From: an uncultured cyanobacterium | GTDB lineage: Bacteria; Cyanobacteriota; Cyanobacteriia; Phormidesmidales; Phormidesmidaceae | NCBI GenBank assembly: GCA_963793265.1 | Contig: CAWBZI010000001.1 | Location: 1,728,001-1,792,000, forward strand | DNA: 64,000 bases | Direction of reading: 5' to 3' | Part shown: positions 39,883 through 48,971 of the stretch, one piece after another | How positions within the stretch are numbered: the stretch's first letter is position 1 | Layout of the letters: the number at the start of each line of letters is the position of its first letter | Program-made: the position numbers and the translations under genes | Notes under the pieces: model-generated | What the model was told of the DNA's origin: nothing | Seen by the model: the letters and a program-made list of their open reading frames with translations, nothing else | Databases searched by the model: none

Positions 39883-40365
39883 GTGACGACAGCCTATTCT
39901 GAGCAAGAGATAAAAGAGATTGTCAACGGCGCGACGCTGATTGGTATGGGCGTGGCGATGGTTGATATGGGCATTATCTCGACGGCGATTGAGTCGTCTG
40001 CGATGTCTAAAGAGATTATGGGCGCAGCAGAAAAGTATCCTAACAACAGCTTAATTCAGGCGGCGTTTTCAAAAGAGGCTATGCGCGGCGGGAGTCTTAA
40101 AATTGAGCGGCCTCATGTGAAGGCTGAGGATATTTCTAGCGGGGCTTTTGTGGATCAGGCGATCACTGCTGTAGATAGCACCATTGCCAGCGTAGAAGGC
40201 AAAGCGACTGCCACTGAGATTCAGGAGTACAAGTCTTTTGTGTATGGGGTGGCTGAAGCGGTCGCCAAGGCGGCAGGTAAAGGTTTGTTCGGAACGGGCG
40301 ATGTTAAGGTGACGCCTGAAGAAGCGGCGGCGCTGACTAAGATTAAACTGGCGATGGGAATTTGA
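39883..40365 (+). CDS. Hypothetical protein (tellurite-resistance-like helical fold suspected)
   Basis: GGAG RBS before GTG; YKSFVYGVAEAVAKAAG.GLFG.G..KVT.EE. Confidence 0.7.
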   Translation: MTTAYSEQEIKEIVNGATLIGMGVAMVDMGIISTAIESSAMSKEIMGAAEKYPNNSLIQAAFSKEAMRGGSLKIERPHVKAEDISSGAFVDQAITAVDSTIASVEGKATATEIQEYKSFVYGVAEAVAKAAGKGLFGTGDVKVTPEEAAALTKIKLAMGI

Positions 40366-40397
40366 TCTTTATAATCTAACAAGCTCTTAAAGCGCAG

Positions 40398-40435
40398 AAA
40401 GCAGCCTCACGAGACAATGCCGTGAGGCTGCTTTT
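40398..40435. terminator. Bidirectional terminator between convergent genes
   Basis: AAAGCAGCCTCACG...CGTGAGGCTGCTTTT. Confidence 0.8.
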
Positions 40436-40462
40436 AACGCGTAGCGTTAGACCCTTGCCTGA

Positions 40463-41041
40463 TTACTGAGCCGCACCAGGAAGGAGAGAAGGTGGAATGA
40501 GTACGGTATCAATGACGTGAATAATGCCGTTGCTAACGTCTATATCAGCCGTTGTGACCATTGCATTGTTCACCATTACACCGCTGTCGCTAGCGACGAT
40601 GGCAACGTCTTCGCCTGCAACGGTTGCGACTGTGCCGCTCTCGATTTCGCTAGCAGGCACTTCTCCGGCGATAACGTGATAGGTAAGAATCGCCTGAAGG
40701 GCTTCTTTGTTCTCTTCCAAAAGCAGCGTTTCTACAGTGCCCTCAGGTAGCTTTTCAAAGGCTTCATCGGTGGGCGCAAACACGGTGTAGGGGCCTTCGC
40801 CGCTCAGCGTGTCTTCCAAGTCAGCCGCCTGTACAGCCGCAACTAGGGTATCAAACGAACCGTTGGCAGCGGCGACCTCTAAAATGCTCCCCATATCGGC
40901 AGCGGCGACTTCTTCAGAGGTAGATTCAGCGGCGGTATCATCAGGGGGATTGTTGCAAGCTACGGCTACTGGCAAAATCATCAGGGCAGCGGCAATACCG
41001 GCAAACTTATTGAGAGGCTTGATAGAAGTAGAAAAGCGCAT
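40463..41041 (-). CDS. Fasciclin (FAS1) domain lipoprotein
   Basis: Lipobox AVAC; TVFAPTDEAF, ILTYHV, NGIIHVIDTVL. Confidence 0.93.
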   Translation of the reverse strand: MRFSTSIKPLNKFAGIAAALMILPVAVACNNPPDDTAAESTSEEVAAADMGSILEVAAANGSFDTLVAAVQAADLEDTLSGEGPYTVFAPTDEAFEKLPEGTVETLLLEENKEALQAILTYHVIAGEVPASEIESGTVATVAGEDVAIVASDSGVMVNNAMVTTADIDVSNGIIHVIDTVLIPPSLLPGAAQ

Positions 41042-41190
41042 AGATTTTTGTAAGGTGAGTATGTTGCAAAAAATGGACAAACGAAGCAACGGGAGCCGTC
41101 GTAACTGCTGCTGGTGTTCATTGTAGTGTGAAGAAATAAGTATTTACGCTGAGCTAAGATTACAGTGTTGTAATTTTAGTGCCTGTAAGT

Positions 41191-42202
41191 TTAGTAATCG
41201 TGGTTAGCCTGGCACAGCAATAGCCCAAACCATTTGTTCTTATCAACAAACGTTTCCAAAACTGGAAGATGGTATTTCGCTAACGTTGTCGAGATTTCGT
41301 TGAGACTGAACTTACGAGAAATTTCGCTCAGCAGAAGCTCTCCTGCTTGAAAGCTGGTCGAAAAGTTCAATGCTTTGAGACGAACAGTTTGTTGTTTAAA
41401 ACTCTTCAAATGCATCTCAATTTGATGTGCTCTTGTTGTTGTAGTGAGCCACATGACGAAAACTTTTAAGCTCAAAGTCTCCTTCAAATTGCCGATTAAG
41501 ATGCTGCAACATATTAAGGTTAAAAGCTGCTGTCACGCCCTGGCTGTCGTTGTAGGCAGCTTCTAAGACTGAGATCTCTTTTTGCAGATCAAGACCCAGT
41601 AAAAAATAGTCATTGGGCCGTAGGGTTTGGCTAACGCGCTGAAGGAATTTGTTGCATTCGTGGGGCGAGAGGTTGCCTAGTGTGCTGCCGATGAAGCACA
41701 GCATTCTAGCAGGTAGCTGGGCGGGCGGAAGATTTGCAAGGGCAGATTCGTAGGTACTGACTAATCCATAAATAGATAGTGTTGAATAGTCGGTAAGTAG
41801 CTGTTTGGCGCTGCTGGTGAGCATGGTGCCGCTAACGTCGATGGGGATGTAGCGCAGCGGGTAGCCTGCTTTTTGGTAGGCGCTGAGCAGAATGCGGGTT
41901 TTGGTAGCGCTGCCGCTGCCGAGTTCTGCGATTTCACAGGGGCCAGTGATGCGGGCGATCGCATCTCCATACTCTTTAAAAATAGCCGTCTCCGTCCGCG
42001 TTGGGTAGTACTCTGGCAGCTCGCAAATCTGCTCAAATAGCTGCGATCCACGCTCGTCGTAAAAGTACTTTGGCGGCAGCGACTTAGGCTCAGCAGAGAG
42101 CCCTTCGATCACGTCCTGACCGTCTTCAGAGGTGTCTGCCTGCATCAAGTCGCGAATAACTAGCCGTTCATCTTTCGACTGCTGCGAGTTTTGTAAAGTC
42201 AA
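41191..42202 (-). pseudogene. egtD: L-histidine N-alpha-methyltransferase EgtD, frameshifted near 41435 (or sequencing error)
   Basis: KYFYDERGSQLFEQI..LPEYYPTRTE, ELGSG, AYNDSQGVTAAFNLN in one frame; HQIEMHL..SEISRKF in another. Confidence 0.88.
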
Positions 42203-42246
42203 GACGCTTTTTCTCCCTATTGTTTCTCCTGTCAACCATGCCATTT

Positions 42247-43353
42247 TCAGGCAGCGCAGCGAAAACCTGCAAACATTTCGCGACGATGTGGATGATACCA
42301 ATTACGAAAGCTTTTGCGCATGATCCATTCGGGCGTTGCAAAACTGCCGCCTCGCAGCACCCGATGCTCGCCGTCAAAATAAGTTTGTGAATATCCTTTA
42401 TAGGGAAAGGGCTCAAAACCAGGGTAGGCATCGAACCACGTGTCTGTCCATTCCCACACACCGCCTAGCATGTCTTCTCGAACCGCTTTGGCCCACTCCG
42501 ATTCAGTCGGCAGTCGCTTACCGACAAATCTCGCATAGGCATTGGCTTCATACCAACTCACGCCGTAAACAGCACTGTTATCGACATTATCCTTTGACCA
42601 GTAGAGCGGTTCTTCTGCCTGCGTGGCCTGTCTCCACTGCCAGCCTTCCGCTGTCCACCATCGCTGCTGATAGTAGCCGCCCGCCTCAATAAACGTTTGA
42701 TACTGCTTGCAGGTAACCGGGCTACAGTCAATTTTGTAGCTATTCAGCCAAACAGGATGCGCTGGCATCTCATTGTCTATTGCTTCAGGGCTGTTAGATC
42801 CTTGAATAAAAGTCCCTGCTTCTACAGCAATCATCTCGTTTTGTGCCAGTTCTTCTTTCGTAAAATGGCGCAATCTTGAGACGTTGACTGATGAAAGGCT
42901 GTGCAGCGCCAGCACCATCGCAATCGTTTCGGCGTGCTGGCTTTCGTGTTGAATCAGCCAGTGCCAGAGCCGCTGTTGGCTGAGCAGATCTGTGGACGTA
43001 AGGGTTTGGATTGTTTGCGATCGCACCCCTCTCATATAGTCTAGAATCTCAAACAGCTCAGGCAAATTCTCCCTTTCGGCCTTCGGCAATCCATCTGCCG
43101 CAAATAGCTTCAAATACTGAGGAAACTCACCGCCCTTACCCACCAGATTTTCTGAAACCCAAAGCGATTCGGTATAGGCAATATGGCCCAAATGCCAGCC
43201 TATCGGGCTAAAGTCAGGATGTGCCTGTCGCTTCATCAGCTCAGGAGAGACATTTTTTACCAGACTTAACGTCTGTCGCCGACAATCGCTGAGTGCCTGA
43301 TAGAGATCATTATTTGCAGTCAAGGCTTTTGGAGCAGGACACCGAAGAATCAT
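42247..43353 (-). CDS. egtB: Ergothioneine biosynthesis sulfoxide synthase EgtB (DinB + FGE-like)
   Basis: SPIGWHLGH, QHESQHAET, RLPTESEW, VWEWT, FRNWY..GFRC. Confidence 0.88.
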   Translation of the reverse strand: MILRCPAPKALTANNDLYQALSDCRRQTLSLVKNVSPELMKRQAHPDFSPIGWHLGHIAYTESLWVSENLVGKGGEFPQYLKLFAADGLPKAERENLPELFEILDYMRGVRSQTIQTLTSTDLLSQQRLWHWLIQHESQHAETIAMVLALHSLSSVNVSRLRHFTKEELAQNEMIAVEAGTFIQGSNSPEAIDNEMPAHPVWLNSYKIDCSPVTCKQYQTFIEAGGYYQQRWWTAEGWQWRQATQAEEPLYWSKDNVDNSAVYGVSWYEANAYARFVGKRLPTESEWAKAVREDMLGGVWEWTDTWFDAYPGFEPFPYKGYSQTYFDGEHRVLRGGSFATPEWIMRKSFRNWYHPHRREMFAGFRCAA

Positions 43354-43378
43354 AATGAAAAAAGGCGTAAAAGTAGCG

Positions 43379-44176
43379 CTAAGCTACGGTTGAGTGGACT
43401 GTAATCTTTAAATCTGAACTAACGCTAATTAAATTAGATTGAGGGTAGGGTTGCCAGTCATCTTCAAACAAGGGTTCAGAGGCCAAAATAACAGATGACT
43501 CAAAGCGCTTAGAGTCTTTCAAGAGATAGAGAGAAGGTGCTGTTGACTGGTTGTCGTATCGAATGGCAATAAGCCTGTCGCCTGTGCTCAAAATAATGTT
43601 TAGAGAAGTATGCACGTCTGCTTTATTGGCCATTTGAGCGATTTGTTCAACGGTTAACCGCAGCGCTTCAGCCAAATCTATGCCCGGCTGAGTCTCTATA
43701 TAGTGAACGAGCAGCGCAAAGATATGTTCCGAGTCTGTTTGGCCTTTAATACTTTGGTATGCCGTGTTGCAAAGCTGCTCTCGGATTGGACGATAGAGAG
43801 ACTTGTAAAAGTTCTCAATCAGACCGTTGTGAATAAACAACATTTGCCCATGCGAAAACGGCTGGCAGTTGCTCATTTCAGCGGGCATTTTGTCGGTGGC
43901 GCTGCGCACGTTCACTAGCAAGCTAGCGCTGCGAGCGTACCGGCATAGGTCGTCTAGATTGCGGTCGTTCCACATGGGCTGTGGATTGCGATAGATGAAC
44001 GGCGGCGCTGCTTTTGGGGTGTCGCCGTACCAGCCAAACCCAAAGCCATCGCCGTTAAGAATGGCAGATTTCATTTCTTTGGGCTGGTAGCTTTGGGCTA
44101 ATAGTGAGTGTTCTGGCTTGAGTATGAGTTTGTCTAATGAAGTTTGTGGGCCTAAATAACCCAAGATTCGACACAT
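43379..44176 (-). CDS. egtC: Ergothioneine biosynthesis amidohydrolase EgtC (class II GATase fold)
   Basis: N-terminal MCR, NGDGFGFGWY, VRSAT, HNG, TDSE; adjacent to egtB/egtD. Confidence 0.88.
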   Translation of the reverse strand: MCRILGYLGPQTSLDKLILKPEHSLLAQSYQPKEMKSAILNGDGFGFGWYGDTPKAAPPFIYRNPQPMWNDRNLDDLCRYARSASLLVNVRSATDKMPAEMSNCQPFSHGQMLFIHNGLIENFYKSLYRPIREQLCNTAYQSIKGQTDSEHIFALLVHYIETQPGIDLAEALRLTVEQIAQMANKADVHTSLNIILSTGDRLIAIRYDNQSTAPSLYLLKDSKRFESSVILASEPLFEDDWQPYPQSNLISVSSDLKITVHSTVA

Positions 44177-44409
44177 AAAGTTTAAAGATATTTAGGAAAG
44201 TAGAAGCGGGTTTGCTCCCGTTTTTTGGGCTTCTATGTTGTAGCCTATTCAAGCTAATAATAACGGAGGAAGTGACGATGTATGCCTAGCGGTAGAGGTA
44301 AGGGGAAACGGCAGTATTGCAAAATATTGCCGCCCATTGCTGAGCTATTTTTTATCACTTGTGATGATTAGTCGCTAGCATTCGGTAAGCACGAACTTAA
44401 GGAGTATCT

Positions 44410-46062
44410 GTGGACAAACCCGTCATTCTAACCGTTGATGACGATCCGGCGGTGCTTCAGTCAATCGCTCGCGACTTGCGGAAGCAATACGGCAGCCAGT
44501 TTCGTATTGTGCGAGCCGACTCTGGAGCTAGCGCCCTCGATGCCACTCAAAAGCTCAAGCTACGCGGCGATAGCATAGCTCTATTCCTAGTCGATCAGCG
44601 AATGCCAGAGATGAGCGGCGTGGAATTTTTAGAGCAGGCGAGCAAAATTTTTCCGATGGCTAAGCGATCGCTCCTCACCGCCTACGCCGACACCAACGCC
44701 GCAATTGACTCTATCAACAGCGCCCATCTCGACTACTACCTGCTCAAGCCCTGGGATCCGCCAGAAGAGAAGCTGTATCCTGTTTTAGATGATTTGATCC
44801 AGGACTGGCAGGCGAGCTTTAAGCCTGAGTTTAAGGGTGTAAAGGTGATTAGCGATCGCTGGAGCCCTAATTCTCACGACCTGCGCGACTTCTTATCCCG
44901 CAACCAAATCCCCTACCGCTGGCTCGATATTGAAACCAGCGAAGAAGCCAAAAAGCTCGCAGCCTACGCAGGCGAAGGCGAAAATCCTAATATTCCGCTG
45001 GTCATTACCGGGGACGGCACAAAGCTGATCAAGCCAACGGTCACTGACCTAGCTCAAAGCGTCGGGCTCCAAACCGAAGCTGCCAAGCCCTTTTATGATT
45101 TGATCATCGTCGGCGGTGGCCCCGGTGGCCTAGCCGCTGCTGTGTATGGCGCGTCTGAGGGTTTGCGCACGGTGATGATTGAGCGTGAGGCCCCTGGCGG
45201 ACAGGCCGGTACCAGCTCACGAATTGAGAACTACTTGGGCTTTCCTGTGGGCCTTAGCGGCGGCGACTTAGCCCGCCGGGCGGTTACTCAGGCCAAGCGC
45301 TTTGGCGTCGAAATTCTTTCGCCTCAGTCGGCCTCATCCCTTCGCACTGAAGACGACTATCACTTTCTTACGCTTGCAGATGGCAGCGAAATTAGCTCTC
45401 ATGCTTTAATTTTGGCTTTAGGCGTTTCTTGGCGGCGGCTGAACGTGCCGGGCGTGGCAGACTTTACGGGCGCAGGCGTTTACTATGGAGCCGCGCAAAC
45501 TGAGGCGCTCGCCTGCGAAGGCGAAGAGGTGTATGTGGTCGGCGGCGCGAATTCTGCGGGTCAGGCAGCGATGTATTTTTCTAAGTTTGCGCGGAAGGTT
45601 CGCATGTTGGTGAGAGGCGAGTCTTTGGTGAAGAGTATGTCGCAGTATTTAATCGAGCAGATTGATGAAACTGACAATATTGAGGTGATGCCGTTTCATA
45701 GCGTGATTGAGGCGAAGGGCGATAAGCGATTGGAAATGCTGCGAGTAAAAGATTCTAAGACGGGTGAGATTAAAGAGTTTAAGACAAATTCTTTGTTTAT
45801 CTTCATTGGTGCAACGCCGAGTACTGAATGGCTAGACGGTTTGGTTGAAAAAGATAATAGAGGATTTATTTGTACGGGGCCGGATGTGAGTGAGGAGCTG
45901 CCCTGGCCTTTGGAGCGCGATCGCTTCTTACTCGAAACCAGCGTTCCCGGCATTTTCTCAGTCGGTGACGTACGCCATGGTTCAGTCAAGCGAGTGGCTT
46001 CTAGCGTAGGGGAAGGCTCTATTTGTGTACAGTTTGTGCACCGACATCTGGCGAACGTTTAA
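44410..46062 (+). CDS. Receiver domain-thioredoxin reductase-like fusion
   Basis: VDDD/DQRMP/KPW receiver; GGGPGG FAD, GGANSAG NADPH, GDVR motifs. Confidence 0.9.
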   Translation: MDKPVILTVDDDPAVLQSIARDLRKQYGSQFRIVRADSGASALDATQKLKLRGDSIALFLVDQRMPEMSGVEFLEQASKIFPMAKRSLLTAYADTNAAIDSINSAHLDYYLLKPWDPPEEKLYPVLDDLIQDWQASFKPEFKGVKVISDRWSPNSHDLRDFLSRNQIPYRWLDIETSEEAKKLAAYAGEGENPNIPLVITGDGTKLIKPTVTDLAQSVGLQTEAAKPFYDLIIVGGGPGGLAAAVYGASEGLRTVMIEREAPGGQAGTSSRIENYLGFPVGLSGGDLARRAVTQAKRFGVEILSPQSASSLRTEDDYHFLTLADGSEISSHALILALGVSWRRLNVPGVADFTGAGVYYGAAQTEALACEGEEVYVVGGANSAGQAAMYFSKFARKVRMLVRGESLVKSMSQYLIEQIDETDNIEVMPFHSVIEAKGDKRLEMLRVKDSKTGEIKEFKTNSLFIFIGATPSTEWLDGLVEKDNRGFICTGPDVSEELPWPLERDRFLLETSVPGIFSVGDVRHGSVKRVASSVGEGSICVQFVHRHLANV

Positions 46063-46077
46063 TACAAAGGAGGCTTC

Positions 46078-46281
46078 TTGCAAGACTACTATCTCGCTCA
46101 GATCAACGTGGCACGGATGAAAGCGCCTTTGGCCAATCAGTTTCCAAGCGCCGCAGAAAGCAGAGAAAGAATAGAACACCTGACGCTGCATGGAGAATCT
46201 TCTAAATGTTTCACCTTTGGCAAGCTTTACCCTGCACCGAAAATTAGCTATGTTGCATCTGTAGGCGAAGTTGAGGAATGA
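46078..46281 (+). pseudogene. Internally deleted DUF3291-like remnant
   Basis: N-terminal YLAQINVARMKAPL joined directly to C-terminal P...E..ERIEHL..HG.S...FTF; AAGGAGG RBS. Confidence 0.6.
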
Positions 46282-46322
46282 TAGAAAAAGATAGGCTTTT
46301 TGTTCTATATAGGGGTCGTTGA

Positions 46323-46670
46323 ATGCAAAAGCTAAAGAAGTCGGGGTTTCAGACGGTGCCTGAGCTGGCGATCGCGCTGCCTGAAGAGGCGATCGCTGAC
46401 ATTTGTAGTCGGTGGAAAATTGAAGAATTTTATCTATTTGGCTCTATTCTACGTAGTGACTTCCATAACGATAGTGATGTCGATGTGATGGTAGAGTTTT
46501 CTTCTGATGCTCACTGGGGATGGGATATCGTTTTAATCAAAGAGGAACTAGAAATAATATTTTCTCGCAAAGTTGATTTCTTAACGAAGAGAGCAATCGA
46601 GGAAAGCCACAACTGGATTCGTAGAAGGGAGATTTTGAGCACAGCGAGGCTTATCTATGTTGAAAGCTGA
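46323..46670 (+). CDS. Minimal nucleotidyltransferase (MNT antitoxin-like)
   Basis: LFGSILR.DF...SDVDVMVEF, RKVDF. Confidence 0.88.
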   Translation: MQKLKKSGFQTVPELAIALPEEAIADICSRWKIEEFYLFGSILRSDFHNDSDVDVMVEFSSDAHWGWDIVLIKEELEIIFSRKVDFLTKRAIEESHNWIRRREILSTARLIYVES

Positions 46671-46721
46671 CCTTCTTTGTTGGATATTTCTGTTGCTTCC
46701 CCAAAATAAGGCATTACCTTT

Positions 46722-48128
46722 ATGCTCTGTGCTAAATCCCTCTCACAAATGAAACCGTTCAAGATGCTGCCGCCCGAACGGTTGGACTGGATTTGCGATC
46801 GCGCCAAACACATCCAGCTCGCCCCCGGTGAAGTGCTTGTCAAAGAAGGCGATCCGTCCGCAGGTTTCTTCATTCAGCTCTCTGGGCAAATCACCGTCAG
46901 CCGCCTCAGTAAAGGCGTTGATATGCCGGTAGGCCGTCACGAAAGCCCTTCCTTCTTTGGCGAAATTCAAGCCCTTACCGAAGATCTTGTACCCGTCACG
47001 CTCACCGCCGATATCACAACCGATCTCTATCAGCTTACCTGCCTGGACTTTCTCGACTTAGTACATAGCTGTCGTGAGTTTGAAAAAGACATTTTTCGCA
47101 CGGTGGGTCAGCGCTTGAAAGGACTGGAATCTTTTGTGCAAAATCGTGAAAAGATGGCCGCGCTCGGGACACTTTCAGCCGGTTTAGCCCACGAGCTAAA
47201 CAATCCGGCAGCGGCGCTGGTGAGGGTGATGAAAGACATTCGCCCAGCGGTGCTAGAGCTTCAGCGGATGAATTTGGTGTATGGGCAAAATCAGGTAGAT
47301 GAGGCGCATACGCAAAAGTGGCTAGATGAGCGCGATCGCTGCTTTGAAGCCATCAGTCAACCCCAAAACGACCCGCTTGCAGAAGGTGACAGAGAAGACG
47401 CCCTCACAGACTGGCTAGAAGACTACGGCATAAAAGACGCTTGGGAATTAGCCGAACCTTTAGCAGCCGGAGAAGTTTCGCCCGACACTTTAGATGCGCT
47501 AATGCGCCCCTGGCAAGATGATCCCACTGAAATGAGAGAAATGGGCGTCCGCTGGCTAGCACTCTCTTGCGACGTGATGGGCATGATCAAAAACGGGCTA
47601 GACGGGGCCGAGCGAATCTCTACGCTGGTGCAGTCGATGAAGTCTTATTCCTACATGGACAGAGCCGCACAGCAAAAGATCAACATTCACGATGGCATTG
47701 AAGATACGCTGCGTTTGTTTGCCTTTAAGCTCAAGCACGGCATTAAGGTAAATCGCAAATATAACCAAGACTTGCCGCAAATTATGGCCTTTGGCAGCGA
47801 GCTTAATCAGGTTTGGACGAACTTGCTCGACAACGCTATTGACGCGATGGATGAAGGAACACCGAGCGGAGAACCACCGACGATTGAAATCCGAACCTGT
47901 GAAAAAAACGGTCGTCTGCTGGTAGAGATAGAAGACAACGGCCCTGGCATTCCGCCCGACGTGAGGAACAGAATTCTGGAACCCTTTTTTACCACAAAGC
48001 CGATGGGTAAAGGTTCTGGCCTGGGCTTGGACGTGGTGCGCCGGGTGATTGAGAACCGTCATGGGGGTAGCTTGATGATCGCGTCTGAGCCAGGCCGCAC
48101 TTGCTTTACGATTGCGCTGCCGCTATAG
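46722..48128 (+). CDS. Cyclic-nucleotide-binding domain histidine kinase
   Basis: cNMP-like N-terminus (L.PGEVLVKEGD, FFGEI); LAHELNNPAAA, NQVWTNLLDNA, GSGLGL. Confidence 0.9.
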   Translation: MLCAKSLSQMKPFKMLPPERLDWICDRAKHIQLAPGEVLVKEGDPSAGFFIQLSGQITVSRLSKGVDMPVGRHESPSFFGEIQALTEDLVPVTLTADITTDLYQLTCLDFLDLVHSCREFEKDIFRTVGQRLKGLESFVQNREKMAALGTLSAGLAHELNNPAAALVRVMKDIRPAVLELQRMNLVYGQNQVDEAHTQKWLDERDRCFEAISQPQNDPLAEGDREDALTDWLEDYGIKDAWELAEPLAAGEVSPDTLDALMRPWQDDPTEMREMGVRWLALSCDVMGMIKNGLDGAERISTLVQSMKSYSYMDRAAQQKINIHDGIEDTLRLFAFKLKHGIKVNRKYNQDLPQIMAFGSELNQVWTNLLDNAIDAMDEGTPSGEPPTIEIRTCEKNGRLLVEIEDNGPGIPPDVRNRILEPFFTTKPMGKGSGLGLDVVRRVIENRHGGSLMIASEPGRTCFTIALPL

Positions 48129-48256
48129 GTAAGCCTTCTAAGTTGGAGTGAGCGGGCGATCGCACTAGCTGGGCCAAAAATGTGTAGAAAGAATGATGTT
48201 TGGAGGCGATCGCATTTCTTACACTAGCCACTGCACAAACTTCTTTAACAGCAGCC

Positions 48257-48853
48257 ATGGCACAACAGTTCAAACAAGGTGACAAAGTAGAATGGTCATC
48301 AGGACAAGGCAAAAGCACGGGCACCGTTCAGAAGCGCATTAGCGAATCCACCACGGTAGACGGACAGAAGGTCGCGGCCTCTAAAGATGAACCGCGCTAT
48401 CTGGTGAAAAATGACAACACTGGGAACGTTTCGGGGCACAAGCCCGACGCGCTTAGTAAAGTTAAAGGCTCCGACTCTAGCAAGTCTAAATCTAGTGAAT
48501 CTAAATCTAGTGAGTCTGAGCTGGCTTCAGAGCACAGTGACAAGATCGAAGAATTTGAAGAAGCGGTCAACATGACGGCAAAAGAGATCAAAGACTGGCT
48601 GAAAACAGACCACAGCCAATCGGTCGGCCAAGAAGACGAAGACGGCAACATCAAAGGCCGCGAGTCGGGCAAGCATATTATTACAATTCTTGAGAAGAAC
48701 AAATCGGACTATACCGACGATGATATTGAGCGCATCAAGAAAGTTGTTGCCTACGTCCATCGTCACCTGGCCCAAAAGCCCTCTAGCGATATTGAAAACT
48801 CAGACTGGCGCTATTCGCTGATGAACTGGGGCCACGATCCTTGCAAAAACTAG
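48257..48853 (+). CDS. DUF2945 (Hva1 Tudor-like)-DUF3140 fusion protein
   Basis: FKQGDKVEW..ASKDEPRY..HKPDAL; VNMTAKEI..WL..S.SVG..RHLAQ.P..WRYSLMNWGHDP. Confidence 0.8.
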   Translation: MAQQFKQGDKVEWSSGQGKSTGTVQKRISESTTVDGQKVAASKDEPRYLVKNDNTGNVSGHKPDALSKVKGSDSSKSKSSESKSSESELASEHSDKIEEFEEAVNMTAKEIKDWLKTDHSQSVGQEDEDGNIKGRESGKHIITILEKNKSDYTDDDIERIKKVVAYVHRHLAQKPSSDIENSDWRYSLMNWGHDPCKN

Positions 48854-48971
48854 CAGGCCGAGGCTTGTGTCTGGGGCTCATATCTAAGCGCACTTGAAGC
48901 GAGTCACCTCCTTTGATAGAAGACTTGTTTCAAAATGCATGAAAGCATCAAGACTTTATAGCAGCACAGAT

